From positions 29,760,001 to 29,824,000 of the forward strand of contig CP158635.1 of the NCBI GenBank assembly GCA_050273025.1: DNA of 64,000 bases, in the 5' to 3' direction. The position numbers and the translations under genes were made by a program. The notes under the pieces are model-generated. The model searched no databases. It had not been told where the DNA came from and saw nothing but the letters and a program-made list of their open reading frames with translations. Source of the DNA: Cenococcum geophilum. Taxonomy: Eukaryota. Below, piece by piece: positions 1 through 13,069 of the stretch (positions are counted from its first letter, which is position 1; each line of letters begins with the position of its first letter).

Positions 1-149
1 GGGAAAAGGAGGAGTCTGTATATAAGGTAGTAAGGGTTTTCCCTAGGCACGTGCAGAGCACGTGCCTTACGGGTAAGTCACCCCTGGGTTGCCCCAGGGT
101 CGCCCGTACCTTGCGGCTATATAACTATCTACTTAGGTTTTACCTAATA
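1..149 (-). repeat. 3' LTR of G1 (partial)
   Basis: Matches 6705-6853 with mostly transition differences. Ends CCTAATA, the RIPed form of CCTAACA, next to the PPT. Confidence 0.9.
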
Positions 150-819
150 ATGCCCCCCCCTTTAAAAAGGGTCGTCCCCAATCCTTTATATACTTAAGCC
201 TTAATAAAACCCCATAAAAAACCTTAGTAAGGAAAAAATTTAGAGGGAAAAGAGTGTTTTAATTTTATGTATAGAGAGACGGGTAGTACATATACGCGGC
301 GCGAAGATGTTAAGGAACTTTAACCGGCGGTTAAAGTTATCTAATTAGTTAGATTTGCCTTGCTAAAACTCCCTCGCATTTAACTAAGCTAGTAATAATT
401 TTATATACCCAGTATAGAAAATCCTAATTAGTCTATTTAACAGGTAGAGCTAGTAGAGCTTAATAATGTTACCTAAATTTAGTAAACCAGAAATATTCTA
501 AAAGCTCGCTTATATAGGCAGGTTGCTAATACCTCGCGGGTTGGTTATAGGTTATTTATATACAGCCAGATTTATAGACGGTAAGGCTATATACCTACTA
601 AATCCGCCGCTAATCCTGCTTTAGCCTTACGCTATGCCGGCGTAGCGCCGTGTATACTTCGTGGGTAGGTTATAGGTTACTTATATATAGCTAAGTTTAG
701 GACGGTAAGGCTATATACCTATTAAATCCGCCACTAACCTATGCTTTAGCCTTGCGTGTTATCTGTATAGCATATATATGGAATAGTGTAAGTTATTAGT
801 ATAGGTTACTACTAGTGGG

Positions 820-3800
820 TTACTAGCAGGTTATAAACCTTAGTTAAATAGACCCTAGTTATAAACAGGCCTATTCTCTAATATATAAATAATCTGCTTA
901 GCTAGTATAGAGTAACGGATTAGGTCTAGGAAGGGTGCTTTCTAAATTAAGCTTCGTTGCCAGCGTATACCGTGGCCTTACCTATAAGTCACCAGCATTA
1001 TTAAATTGCGTTAGAGTGTAGCTTATATAGGATATTAATAAATTAAAACTTTACCCTATATATACGCCGCAGTTCTTACAGCAATTGTTGCTTATTCTTT
1101 AATCCCTTAGGATATCCTCTACTCCGCTTTAATATAGGTTATATTTTAATAACGGCGCTTACTTTTTGCCTGCGCTTTAGCTATAAGGCTAGGGTGTTCC
1201 ACTTACAGTACTTATCTAGCAGTTATTAACAATTCTTAAGTTCTATCTTATATTTCTATTTATTATACTTATTTAGCCATCCTAGCCATTTAATAAGGTA
1301 CTATAGTTGTCTAGTATAATCCTAGTAAGTAATAATTACTTCTACTTCCTAGCCGCCTTCCTTAAGCTCTTTTACTGCTAGGGGTTAAAACTTAGGGCGT
1401 AACCTATAAGGCTCTAGTAAGGAGATATAGAAGACTAGGTAGAGCTATGCTATAATAGGTAGGAGCTTTAGCTTATATGCTTACTACCCTACACGCTCTA
1501 GGATCTAAAATAGTCCTATAAACTTATAATTAAGCTTTTTATAGGGACGTTTTGTATGAATGTTCTTAGAGGAGAGCAGGACTTGTTTACTAATGGTAAA
1601 GTACTTGGCCAGGTGGTAATAATTATAGTATTTTACCTAAAGCTTTTAGGCGTATATTATTGACGCCGCCGCTACCTTATATATAAGGCGCAGGCGTTAT
1701 AGATACGTCTCTGCGAGTTAGACATTCGTTAACTTAGACCCCTCCCTACCTTATTAGGCGTCTTGGACGCTATCCAGAACTCTATCTAGGACGTTTAGTA
1801 GCTAGCTATAGGCAAGCTTAATAGGGGAATACTTTATTATAGTATAAATCTTAGAGTTATAGGTAAAGGCTGCTTCTTTAAGTAGGGAGGCCTAATTAGA
1901 CTGTTCCCAGTTCGTAAATATACGTAGGTATACCTTAAGCTCCTGGTTCTAACGCTCTATCTAACTATCTATCTATAAATGGAATACGGTGCTAAGTTTA
2001 CGTTAAACGTAAAGATAGTAGTATATAGTGCTCTAGTACTCGCTTATAAATATACTACCCCTATTAAAAACGATATTATTTAGAGGCCCTGTTTATATAA
2101 AGACTCTAAATAAGAGTTCTATAAGTTACGTAGCATTAATTATCTTACGCACTAGATAGTAACGTACTAGCTTTATAAAATAGTCTATAAGGACAAGGAT
2201 AGAGTTATACTCTACGCTATTAGGAGTCTTAGACTTTAAGAGATCTATAATAAAGTTAAGTAAATAATGCCGCTAGGCTTGGGTGGGGGCCTAGAGAGGC
2301 TGTAGCTCACTATAGGGTTTATAGCGGCGCGATTTAGAGCATTAGTAGGCATTATAATCATCTAGGTATTTGCGGAGGTCCTAGGTAAGGCCGTTCTAAG
2401 TATACTTCCGTGCGATTACCTTAAAGGTATAGTTAAAATTATAGTGACCGCCTATAGGATCGTTATGATTTCGCTTAAGGATCTCCTGTTACAGTGGTAT
2501 ATAATTCGGCACCTAGACCTTATTATTTTACCTTAGGAGTCCTTAATTATTAAGGGTATAGTCCTTATTACTAGTAGGAACTTATTTCTAAATTAACTAA
2601 TTATATATAAAGCGTATAAAGGCGTCCCTTTTTTATACTCTATAAATAAAATTAACTAGTAACTTAGGGGGGTGTTCTATAAACGCCGTTTTAGCTAAGG
2701 CAGTTACTACTACCTCTTGCCGTAGCACGAGACTTTATGTAAAGTTGGTGTTAGCGAAGTAACGTATAATATATAGGTGACTTACTAGGTTATTATAGGG
2801 GACCGTAGCCTAGGCTAAGGGGTCTTCCTTAGGGTTAAGTGCTATTAGGCCGGTTAAGGTAGTCTTAAAGAGAATGGTAGGACGCTTTAGTCTACCGGCG
2901 CTAAGTTCGTAAGGGTTGCTCGTATGCTATACGCATACTACTTACTAGTTTAGTATAGTAGCACTAGGGCCGCCCACAAGGCCTATAACCCGCAACTTTT
3001 ACTATAATATAGGCAGTATAATATTAAGGATTGTCCTCTTACTGCTATCTTTAAAGCCTTTAGCATAATCTAGGCGCTAAAATAGTGTATTAGTGGGATT
3101 TGCTTTACCTAGCTTATATTTAATCTTAAAATTAAACTTAGCTAGTTTTTTTAGCGTACTAGGCCTAGTAAGCAGATAAGCTCTTAATGGTTATAAAGTA
3201 CCTAAGATTGTTATAATTATAGAGTATACGCGTCACATACGCGGCGTGTTTAAGGTAATAGCGCCACGTCTTAAAGTATTATACTATAGCGAGTAGTTCT
3301 TTATTATGCGTATTATACCGTACTTCTAGGCTAGTAAGCTTCTAACTATAGTAGGTAATTAGGTGCTAGTGGAGTTAATCTCTCTACCCTAAAGGCTGTA
3401 GAAGTATACCACTATAGGTATAGTTAGAAGTATTAGTAATTACTATTAGGGGTAAATTAGAGTTAAAGTGGCGAAGTAGAGAAGCCTATATAAACGCAGC
3501 GCGTAGCTTACAGAACGCCTACTACGCGTTATTAGGCTAGGACCAGGGTTAATACTATTTAGTAGGCCCTTTTGACTTACGCTTCTTCTTTTTCTCCCTA
3601 TCTAACGTTGGGTCGCGATGTGCCTATATAAGATATGCGTGTAGGGAGTATACGGTATCTAAGTAGTTTTAGATAAATTACCTATAGAAGTTAGCAAAGC
3701 TAAGGAAGACCTAGATGTCTCTATAGGACTTAGGCTTAGGCTATTCCTTAATAGCTTTTACGCGGTTAGGGTCTATTATAATACCCCTAGGGGTAATAGT

Positions 3801-6576
3801 AAAGCCTAGGAACTTAACGTTCTTAGTATAAAAGATGCATTTTAATAGTTTAGCGTATAGGCCTTAAGCATGGAGCTATCGCAATACCTACTTAACGTGC
3901 TTAATGTGCTTATCCTTATTATTTAAGTAGATAAGAATATTATCTAGGTAAACTACGTAGATAGTATCTACTAGGGTTTTTAGAGCTTTATAAATATAGC
4001 TCTAAAAAGTTATAGGGGCGTTAGTAAGACTAAAGGGCATTACTAAGTACTTAAAATAACCGTAGCGTATCTTAAATGCGGTCTTCTATTCGTCTCCCTT
4101 TTTAATATAAATCCTATAGTACGTATTATAAAGATCTAGCTTTATAAATATCTTCGCATAGCTAAGCCTATTAAAGAGCTCGCCGACCAGCAGTAGGGGG
4201 TACCGATTTTTAATCGTGATCTTATTTAGGCGTCTATAGTTAACGTATAGCCGTATTATACCGTCTGCTTTCGGTACGAAGAGGATAGGCGCTTTAGTAG
4301 GTAACTTACTAGGTCTAATCCAGCCCCTTTTAAGAGCACTGTTTAGGTACTTTTATAAGATCTATAACTATTTTTATAAGAGGTTATAGAGGGGCATTTA
4401 TAGTGGCGTCTTGCCTTCTTCTAAGTCGATTATATAGTCGTACTTAGAGTTCTGCGGTAGCATACTTGCTAGCTTATTAAAGAAGATATTAATTTCCTCC
4501 TTATATACCTCTAGTAGGCTAGGGGCCACAGAGGTCGAAGCGACTATTATATAGTAGTGTGCTTCCGGGAGCTAGTAGAGAGAAGGGTGCAGCTAATATA
4601 CGTTTTATAGGTATACTTGTATAGAGAGTGTATATAGCTCTACTATAGTATACTTAATAGTTTTAGGGTTTTAATTACCTCCCCCTTATATATAGGTAAT
4701 CTGCGCTAGCACCGGAGGGTCTTTACAGGTACTCGCTGCTAGTAACAGTAGGTCCTTTACTATATTTATAACTAGTGTCTTTACGTCTAGAGGGTTTATA
4801 TAGGTACTCACTGCCAGTAACAATAGGTCCTCTATTATATTTATAACCGGCGTAAAGAAGGAGTCTTCTAGCTATAGCGAATAGACTGTTTTACTAGCCT
4901 TAATATCTACTAAAAGAGCGTTAAGGGTAACTATCTAGAGGCGTTTAGGGTCTAAAGTACCCTAGATAAACTGTCTAAAATAGAAGCTAATTAATAGATC
5001 TGCTTCCGCGAGCTAATCCTATTTAAAAACTATATTATAACTATTAAATAAGCCGCCCTAAAAGGTCTGCGGGCTAATAGTGCGAGAGGTACCCTAGAAG
5101 TTGCTAATGGTAACCGTTAGATTATAAGCATCCTAGATTATTATCTAGTTGCTATTAAGGAAACATATAATAGGTTTACGTAAATATAGCGCGTAGTATA
5201 TAGGCAGGTTAAACCTATAGACAACATTTTAATTAATAAGGTTAATTTGGCACCTATTATTGTATAAAGCACGTAGGCGGACTTTACCCTAGGGCGTATC
5301 TATCGCGATATATACTATAATGCATTTCTTCTCTCCCTCTATATTAGGCCCTAGTTACAGTTAAGAAAAATACGCTATTAGGGCCTTAGGTTTTCTAAAG
5401 CCTAAGCTAACTTCTCTTTATTAGCCTACTTCTATTATTCCTTATAGTAGCCGCTTATAGTCCTTTAACTCGCCTATATACCACTAGTATCTAGGGGGTC
5501 CCCTAAGCCATCTAGCTTTTAGGTAGTCTCCTTAGGAGTTTACTTAAAAAAGCGTCGCCCTTTTTAGGTTCTGTTCCCTAAGCCTAACTTTATAGAGCCT
5601 ATACTGCGACCGCGCTTTATACGCAATAATTTACCGCTACTACTTACGCGATCTTCCACGAGCTTTATAGTATTAAGCAATTACTCTACATAGCAGATTT
5701 CGTTAAAGAGGTCTTTAGTAGTTTTTACCTATTAGGCGAGGTTCTGGCGGAAGAGCTCTGCTTATAGGTGGGCTAGGAGATATAAGAACTAAAAGTCTAC
5801 CTGTTGTTTAGGATTAACAAAAGAGGTATATAAGAAGAGGTCCTCTAAGCTACGTATATAGGCTAAAAAGACGTTAAACCTCTAGTTCTCCTTTATAACA
5901 GCCATATAGTATATTATAGCATTATTAAAGCGTCTCACTATAGGGTTTCTGATTTGGTCTTAGACTATAGTCTTAAATTCATCCTATAGTAAAGGACTCT
6001 TATCCTTAGTACCTAACCAGCAATAAACTAGTTAGGTAATTATCTTCTCTTTTATAAGACCTTTAATGGCCTAGCGCGTGCGTTACTTATAGTCGTAGTT
6101 AGTATTATTAACCTTAAATCGGTTCTTAACTGCGGCAATCTACCAGTTAAAATACTATTAAGTAGTACCGCTAATATCGGGTAGTGACTTCTTGACTAGG
6201 GCGTTAAGATTTATTCGGTTTATGCGTTCGCTATATAACTTATACTCTTTACTAAAGAGGCAATAGAAGGGCTTTGTTAAATCAATAATGCTCTATAAGT
6301 TAGCTATTTTCTTAGCCAGCTTATCTAGCTCCTTTATATTAGCGGTATTAAGTAGGACGCTAGTAACCTTACTAAGCTTCTGTTAAGCCTAAGTATATAA
6401 ATTAAACTAGTCTTTAGCGTTTATAGATATCTAATCGTTTTAAGATTTAGAAAATAGCTTAGATACTACTGGTATGCTTCTAGCGGTTTTATCTACACTA
6501 GATCCTAAGGCATTTTGCGGTCGCATTACTAGCGTTTACCATCGGGTATAGGCGTCGGTTTTCTTTTCGGAGGTAT
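820..6576 (-). pseudogene. gag-pol of G1, many RIP stops
   Basis: RT reads [27 protein letters not shown] (~4015-4100) and VVYLDNILIY (~3925-3960). Integrase reads TVFHL*IDS*IER*N (~1950-1990). Chromodomain reads YLIKWLGWLNKYNK (~1255-1300). Ends are approximate. Confidence 0.9.
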
Positions 6577-6628
6577 TATAGAAAAATTAAACCGGCTATC
6601 CTCCTAAGGGGATTAGTAAGGATTTAAA

Positions 6629-6853
6629 TATAAGGTAAGAATATAGATAGGGAGTCCAATGATAGAATAATAGGTATATTGTATAAACAGAGACAAATCC
6701 TTAAGGGAAAAGGAGGAGTCCGCGCGTAAGGTAGGAAGGGTTTTCCCTAGGCACGTGTAGAGCACGTGCCTTACGGGTGAGTCACCCCTAGGTTGCCCTA
6801 GGGTCGCCCGTACCTTACGGCTATATAACTATCTACTTAGGTTTTACCTAACA
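6629..6853 (-). repeat. 5' LTR of G1
   Basis: Ends ...CCTAACA at 6853. Left end inferred from TATAAGGTAAG (RIPed TGTAAGG), an imperfect inverted match to the other end. Confidence 0.8.
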
Positions 6854-7089
6854 GGGTTATTTTAATAGATTTTAATCGTGGTATAATGGATTTTAATAGC
6901 TAAACTTGCGGTAAGTAAAGGCCAAATCTAATGAATTAAAATCTGCTTATACTGATATTGGTAGTAGGTGCTTAACAATACCGCTAAAAGTTAGATTATC
7001 GTAATATTACACTAAAAAGGGTTAATTAAGGGGTGTTGATTGTAATATAAATGATATCGTTATATATCCAATATTATAATAAAGAGATT

Positions 7090-8866
7090 TAACTATATCT
7101 ATATAATATTAACCTAACCTTAAATAGAGCCCTATGTGCTCTATATACGCCTACTAGCTTATAATTAGTATTTAGATCTTTTAAGAGTTGCTAGCGCATA
7201 AGATTAAGAAAGGTAGGTTAGTTAATCTAATAATAGCTCCCGCCGTAATCTCGTATATTTAGATACGTCTTATTAAGTAAACCCCCCTCTACTAAGCTAA
7301 GGAGACATTTTTAGGTATAATACTGCCTACCTTTACCTTAATAGCGAGAATCGCGACTGGATAATCTACTAGTAGGGTCTAGGGTTTAGCGTAGAGGCTA
7401 GGTTAGGGATTACTAAGATAAATAGCTTAGAGTATTAGGATTAAGCTTATTATTACTAGATTTACTCTAATTATATAATAGGTAACACTAGGGGGAACTA
7501 GTTAATATTACTTTAGGTTAAAGCTAGATAGGTAATATATAAAGAAAATCGTTTTGCCTAAGTACCTAGTACTTTAATAAAGGCGTATTATATATAGGAA
7601 TTATATCTAGTAAATCGTTATAAATTACCTTCTAGCTTTTTAGTTAAGCGGCTACTTTAGTCCGCTAATTCTAATTTAAGGCGGCGTCTTTAGCGCCTAA
7701 AGGGTAAATGCTAGCATTTGTCTAATAGCAGTTAGATATAATCAATTTCCTATATCTAAATCCAGTGCCTATCTAGTTATCTCCCTAATATTACCCTTAG
7801 GGACGGATAAAAAGTAGTAAACCGTTTTAGGATTATAGGGCACTTATAAAAAGATAAATACTTCGCTAGTATAAATATACCTATACTCTAGTCCAGCCTA
7901 GATTATATAAAAAAAGGCCTAAGTAATAATAGCAGCGACTGGGCGATGGAAGTAGTCCTATAGGCTGTTAATCTTATAGCAATAGACTACTTCCTTAAGT
8001 TCTATATTATTAAGACCCTTATAAATATAGCTAAGAGTTAGTTTATAGAGAGCCTTATACTTAATAATAAAGGTAGTAATATAATACTTTATATTCTAAG
8101 TCTTACTAAAAGTATTATATACGCAAAACTAATCTTTATAAGGACGCAACAACTTTACTATAACCGCAGGCTTAGCCAGGCTAGGCGAGTCTAGCGGCTT
8201 CATCCGCTTAGCCTAGGCTTAAAGATAGGGTAACTACCATCATTAGTTCCTAGATATACTTATTTATTATATATTCTCCTCTATCTACTATTCTAGGCTA
8301 AGAGTATTAGTATAATTTTTAAACTTTACTAACCCCTTTAGGCGGAACTTCCGCTAAAGCGTTAGATTATTATAAAGTTGTTTAATAATTAATAATATAT
8401 AGTCCTTAACGGTGTAACGCTAAAAGTAATTTAAGTCTAACTTAGAACTTATTATCCTTTAGTAGATAGCCTCCCTAGACTCTTCTAATATATATAGCGA
8501 AGTAAAATGCCATTCTAGTATAAAATCTAATTCTATAAGGTTGTTCTAGATAGCTTCCTACTATACTAGAAAATCCTTCTATGCTTAGATCCTTTTAGGG
8601 CAAATCTTATTATTTGCATTAATAGGATTGCCCCGTGTTAATAATATTATATTAGTTTAGACGGCAAGGCCTAAGTAGAGATAGGCGTGATAGGCGTTAA
8701 GAAACTCGGATAGTATTATCTTGCGGGTTTTCTCTTTAGCTTCTTCCCGGGCGCGCTTTACTTCTTATTATCTACGTTATTCTTCTTCCTATACGCGCTC
8801 CGCTTCTTATTATCTACGTTACTCTTTAAGGAAAAGCTGTTTGTAATTAGGTAAGTGTTAGGCCAT
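7090..8866 (-). pseudogene. RIPed fungal gene: coiled coil, PD-(D/E)xK-like nuclease region and start of a kinase-like domain (family often labelled 'metalloprotease m41'); 3'-truncated
   Basis: ATG at 8866. De-RIPed reading gives EEQRRREEAERA repeats, TRKTTLSEFLDACH, ADQFCVY, IEYKAPHKL, QAFSYM..GLEYGY..TGEAFIFL, YCTQKCLLGL..CPN and GARGALFKVRL..GY. Family recognised from memory. Confidence 0.75.
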
Positions 8867-9379
8867 ATTATAGCGGCGATAATAATAATAACAGGAGAGT
8901 GTATTAGGGAGAGCTTTATTTACAGTAGATGCCTTAGCGATTTAGGCAGAGTAGATTAATAGAAATATCTAAATAGGTTTACTAATAATCCAGAGCCCGC
9001 AATAGCTATTAACTAATATCTCTTTATTACTGTTTGCCTCTATTTCTTAATCCTTAGTACTAAATAATATCTCTATATCTTATTCTTAATCCTTATTACT
9101 AAAGTCACTTTCTATATATAATTACGTTTATCTCTTATAGCATTTATTAAGAATTAAAGTATTAATTATAATTTCCCTAGCTTAGTATTTTGTCTCTATC
9201 TAGTTACTTCTATATTAAGAATCTCTTGTTATTATCTATATATAAATAAACAAATTCTTATATATTAAACTCGGAGACTTGCTTATAGCAAGTAAGCTTA
9301 ATAAGTCCTCCACCTTTATATACTTAGTAGTAATAAGTCAGCCGCCCTATAACTTACTTAGTCCTTTATAAAGAATTAA

Positions 9380-9756
9380 ACTTAAGGTATTAAAGACTCC
9401 AATCCTAATATCTTAGAATTAACCTTTATTAACCCATCCTCTTTAACCTAGTTAAAATGTACTAAAGTCTTCTTAACCAGAATAGAATAGAACCTTTCCT
9501 TTAAGATAGTTAGTGTATTCTATATAGTAATAGAGAAAAGAGGGCCTACTAGGTCTTATAGGTGTGGAGGCTATAAAGGTTAATTTATAGATGTATAAAT
9601 ATAGAATCAACCATTGCGCTGTATTAGGATATAGCAATCTATATTAAAGTTTCGCTTTAATCTATTAGCCTTTTTTAAGAAGGTCTTCTTTTGCTTTCGA
9701 AAATTCTTATTTATAGCTCGCTTTAACCTCAATAGTAATCTTTACTTTAGATATAT
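9380..9756 (-). pseudogene. RIPed small MADS-box/SRF-like transcription factor gene with one intron
   Basis: Literal reading NFRKQKKTFLKKANRLKRNFNIDCYILIQRNG*FYIYTSIN*PL*PP. Then a GT..CTAAC..AG intron (~9549-9503), then ERFYSILVKKT. Fits the KRKxTxxKKA...NGRxYxYxS...WPP...YPxP pattern of small fungal MADS-like proteins. Confidence 0.65.
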
Positions 9757-9939
9757 AACTATAATAAATAACTAATAGCTTAGTAGCTCTCTAGCTTTTT
9801 TATAGCGTAACTAGGGTATAGGTTAACTCTAAATTTTATATTAATAAGGTAGGAATATTAAGAATAAATACAGGATATATTCCTTAATATTAGCTTAAGT
9901 TATAACTCTAAAAATTAAATATTATTCTAAGAACTGGGT

Positions 9940-10363
9940 CCAATTCTAAAGACTATATTCTAATTCTAGAGACTATATCCTAACTCTATTTTTAGGAAAC
10001 GGGCTAGTTAACTAGTTAGTAATATATACTAAGCTAAATATACTAAACGTAACCAAAGGTAAGCGCCAGCCTATTTTTATTCTAGCTTAAATTATTAATT
10101 ATAAAAACTAAATCTAATTCCAAAACTAAGATCCTAATTTAGGTTTTAGGAGATAGGCTAATTAACTACTATAATAAAGGGCGCAATTACGAGAACCAGA
10201 GCCTAATTTTAGGAAAACCACTATAAAAAGGGGTTGGTTGTATTTGTATTTAGTATATTAGGTTTAACTTATTTTAGGACTAGCTATATAATTAATTATA
10301 GGCGCATATACGCTAGCTATACCTTACTTAGCGCCCTTTTAGCGTCGCTGTATTAGAGCCTCA
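9940..10363 (-). repeat. ~420-bp dispersed repeat, copy 1 (inverted relative to 44749-45170)
   Basis: Reverse complement aligns by eye with 44749-45170, e.g. TGAGGCTCTAAT.CAGCG, TCCTAAAAT.AG.TAAACCTAA and AATTGCGCC....TATAGTAGTTAATTAGCCTAT.TCCTAAAACC. Confidence 0.85.
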
Positions 10364-12773
10364 CTTTATTTAAGCTTTATTTATCGCGGAATAAACTAAA
10401 GCTAATAACTATAACTAATAAATATGGCCTATAACTTTCCAATAATACCAGAATCCCGTATATACTATATTTTTAGCCTATACAACTAGAGACTGCAAAC
10501 AATATTCCTGTACTTTAGGTTATTGTAGCTTAGTATTTAACTAAGCCCCAAAAAGCCTTAATCTAAGCCATGTTAGATTGGCTTAACTTTTCCGCGCCTA
10601 ACCTTTAATCCTATAGTCGCTTATACCTTACTTTCTTTCTTATACTTTTCTCTTTAAACGGGGATCCCTATAGTATAAAAGGATTTCTAAGCTCATTATA
10701 TATTAAAATCTTTATACTAGCTAGTCTACCCCAATTTAAAGTTAGGTAGTATTATTAGGCTCTTAGAGAGAGTAAGTAGAATAGAGAAACTATTTTCCTA
10801 ATTACTCTTCTGGTTTTACAAATCGTAAAACCGTAATTTAGGAAATAGGATCTAGATTTATAAATTGCAAAATTATAAATTAGGAAATAGAAACCCAATT
10901 TTAGAGATATAACCTTAACTTTAATAGTGCTAGCTAGGGAGTAAGTAAAAGAAAGGCCCCTATTAAGCTAGATACCTGTAATAATATATAAAAATAGGAT
11001 AGGATAATATCTAAGTAATTTCTTCCACCAAACAATTTGCTATACTCTTTAAACTCCTTATTAAAGCTATTACTATTACTCTTCTTATTTATATATTTAT
11101 TATTTTATAGTTTAAAAGACTAAGAGAATATATATATTATTGTCCATTTCCGTAGATATTCTTTAGGACCTTTCTATTATATAGGATAAAACACTCCTTT
11201 AGAGATAACTTATCTTTTATAGAACTGTCTAAGACGCAACCTTCTTAGTTAAGTGTAAGAGCTAGCCTATAACTTCCGTTACTAGCTCTATAGGGGCTAT
11301 AATACTTATAACTATCGGCTGTTAAATAGGGGACACCTACCTACTTATAATAATAATCTAGAAAATAGTCCTTTAATACCCTAAATAAGGAGGACTGCCT
11401 AGACCTTATATTTATGCATAAAAATAAGCGCTTCTATCTTCCTAAGTATAAGGGTTAAGGTTAAGTCTTTTAGGGACGTTAATAGTAAGTAAGTAATGCG
11501 CGTAAACCTTTTATACTTTACTAATATAATAATAGTTAGCTTTAAGTAATATTAATAACAGTTTACAAGCGTTTTATTACTCTTATACTTTAGTTAAAGT
11601 GTTTTTAATTACAGAATCGCACTATTAGATATTTTTGTATCTATATAGGATACTTTAATAGAACTATTAAGAGATGCCTTTATAGACTTGCCTATGTATT
11701 TCTTTAAGTATATTTTACCTAAAAATAGTTAGGGTTTTTGCTAATAGTAAATTCTATAAAAAGAGTATAGAATAATTTATTTTTAGATATACCTTATTCT
11801 TAAAAGGACCGAAATAAATATAACTTTTATATTGCCTAGCCAATGGATTTACCCTCCTCCTTTAGTAAAACTGCTATTACGCTAAGGACCCTATCAAAAA
11901 TTTCTTCCGTATCCCGACTATTAGCTAACGCTACCTTTCGGTTTATTACTTATATAAAAACTAAATATTTGCAAAGCTATTTTAGAGGATCTTTTAAACT
12001 TCGCCCGATATATATTTGCGCCATATATAAAAATAGCCTTTAAATATTACGGACTAAGGATTTATTTTAAGTTATAGTAACACTACTTAATTAATCTAAT
12101 TCTCCTTTAAACGGCGTATATAAGTTAATACTCTTACTATAGGAGGAGTACAAGCCCTAAGCTCTATAAAGTATTTAAGAATATTAGCTATACCTAAGAT
12201 AACGCTTATACTACTTACCGCTGTACGTAGAACTATTTAGTATATAGCTTAATATATAGGGCCTTAGCTTACCGTTGTCTTTAACTATTAAGATATAATC
12301 TATAATCTATAATCGTTTTATATAATCCTCTGCGTTACTAATATATTATTCCTATATTTACCCTTAGGCTATTAAATACAGTTAAGGTATTAATTAGTTA
12401 ATTAAGGAGACTTATCTCCTAAGATTTAGTATATATACTTTTAAATCTGATAGTTCTGTACTATATATTTAGTATAGCTCTACTACCTAGTAAATAGGAG
12501 GAATACTTTATAATAGCACCTATAGCAATTATACGATTATTAAGAACGTTTATAATATTATTCTTTAATACTATAGTATTATTTAGGTATTATTTAACCT
12601 ATATACGTCTTTAATTAACATCTTAATTACCTTCCCCTAGCCGCGTTATTAGTTTTTATAAGGAAGTAATAACTAGATAGCTTATACGCGCATTTCCTTC
12701 CTTTTAAATACATCGGGAAAATATTCGCAGGATGAGATTCAAGTAGACTTTGTGTAGCGCGTTTCGCGTAATT

Positions 12774-13010
12774 GACATGCAATTTAACTAACTTAACACG
12801 TAATTAACCAACTTAACACGCAATTAACCAACTTAATATGCAATTTAACCAACTTAATACGCAATTAACTAACTTGACATGCAATTTAACTAACTTAATA
12901 CGCAATTAACTAACTTAACAACTTTAAAAGCTAACTGCATATTCCTTGACACGTAGTTAACCTATTTAACAACTTTAAAAGCTAACTATATATTCCTTAA
13001 CATGCAATTA
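12774..13010. repeat. Minisatellite, 20-21-bp unit (AACACGCAATTAACCAACTT), followed by a ~50-bp duplication
   Basis: About seven tandem units read directly. Confidence 0.9.
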
Positions 13011-13069
13011 AGGTAAAGTTATATACCAATTACGCAATCTTATATAATCTTATATAGTCTTATTACTTA

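Larger units (their letters stand above)
1..6853 (-). mobile_element. Ty3/gypsy chromovirus LTR retrotransposon, family G1, RIP-degenerate; 3' LTR cut by window start
   Basis: Direct repeats at 1-149 and ~6629-6853. Minus-strand polypurine tract (PPT) at 151-170. Minus-strand RT, RNase H, integrase and chromodomain motifs between them. Confidence 0.95.

Noticed and set aside
12711..12713. Minus-strand ATG as the start of a gene running toward 11 kb
   Set aside because: The ATG is part of the TIR of the inserted element.
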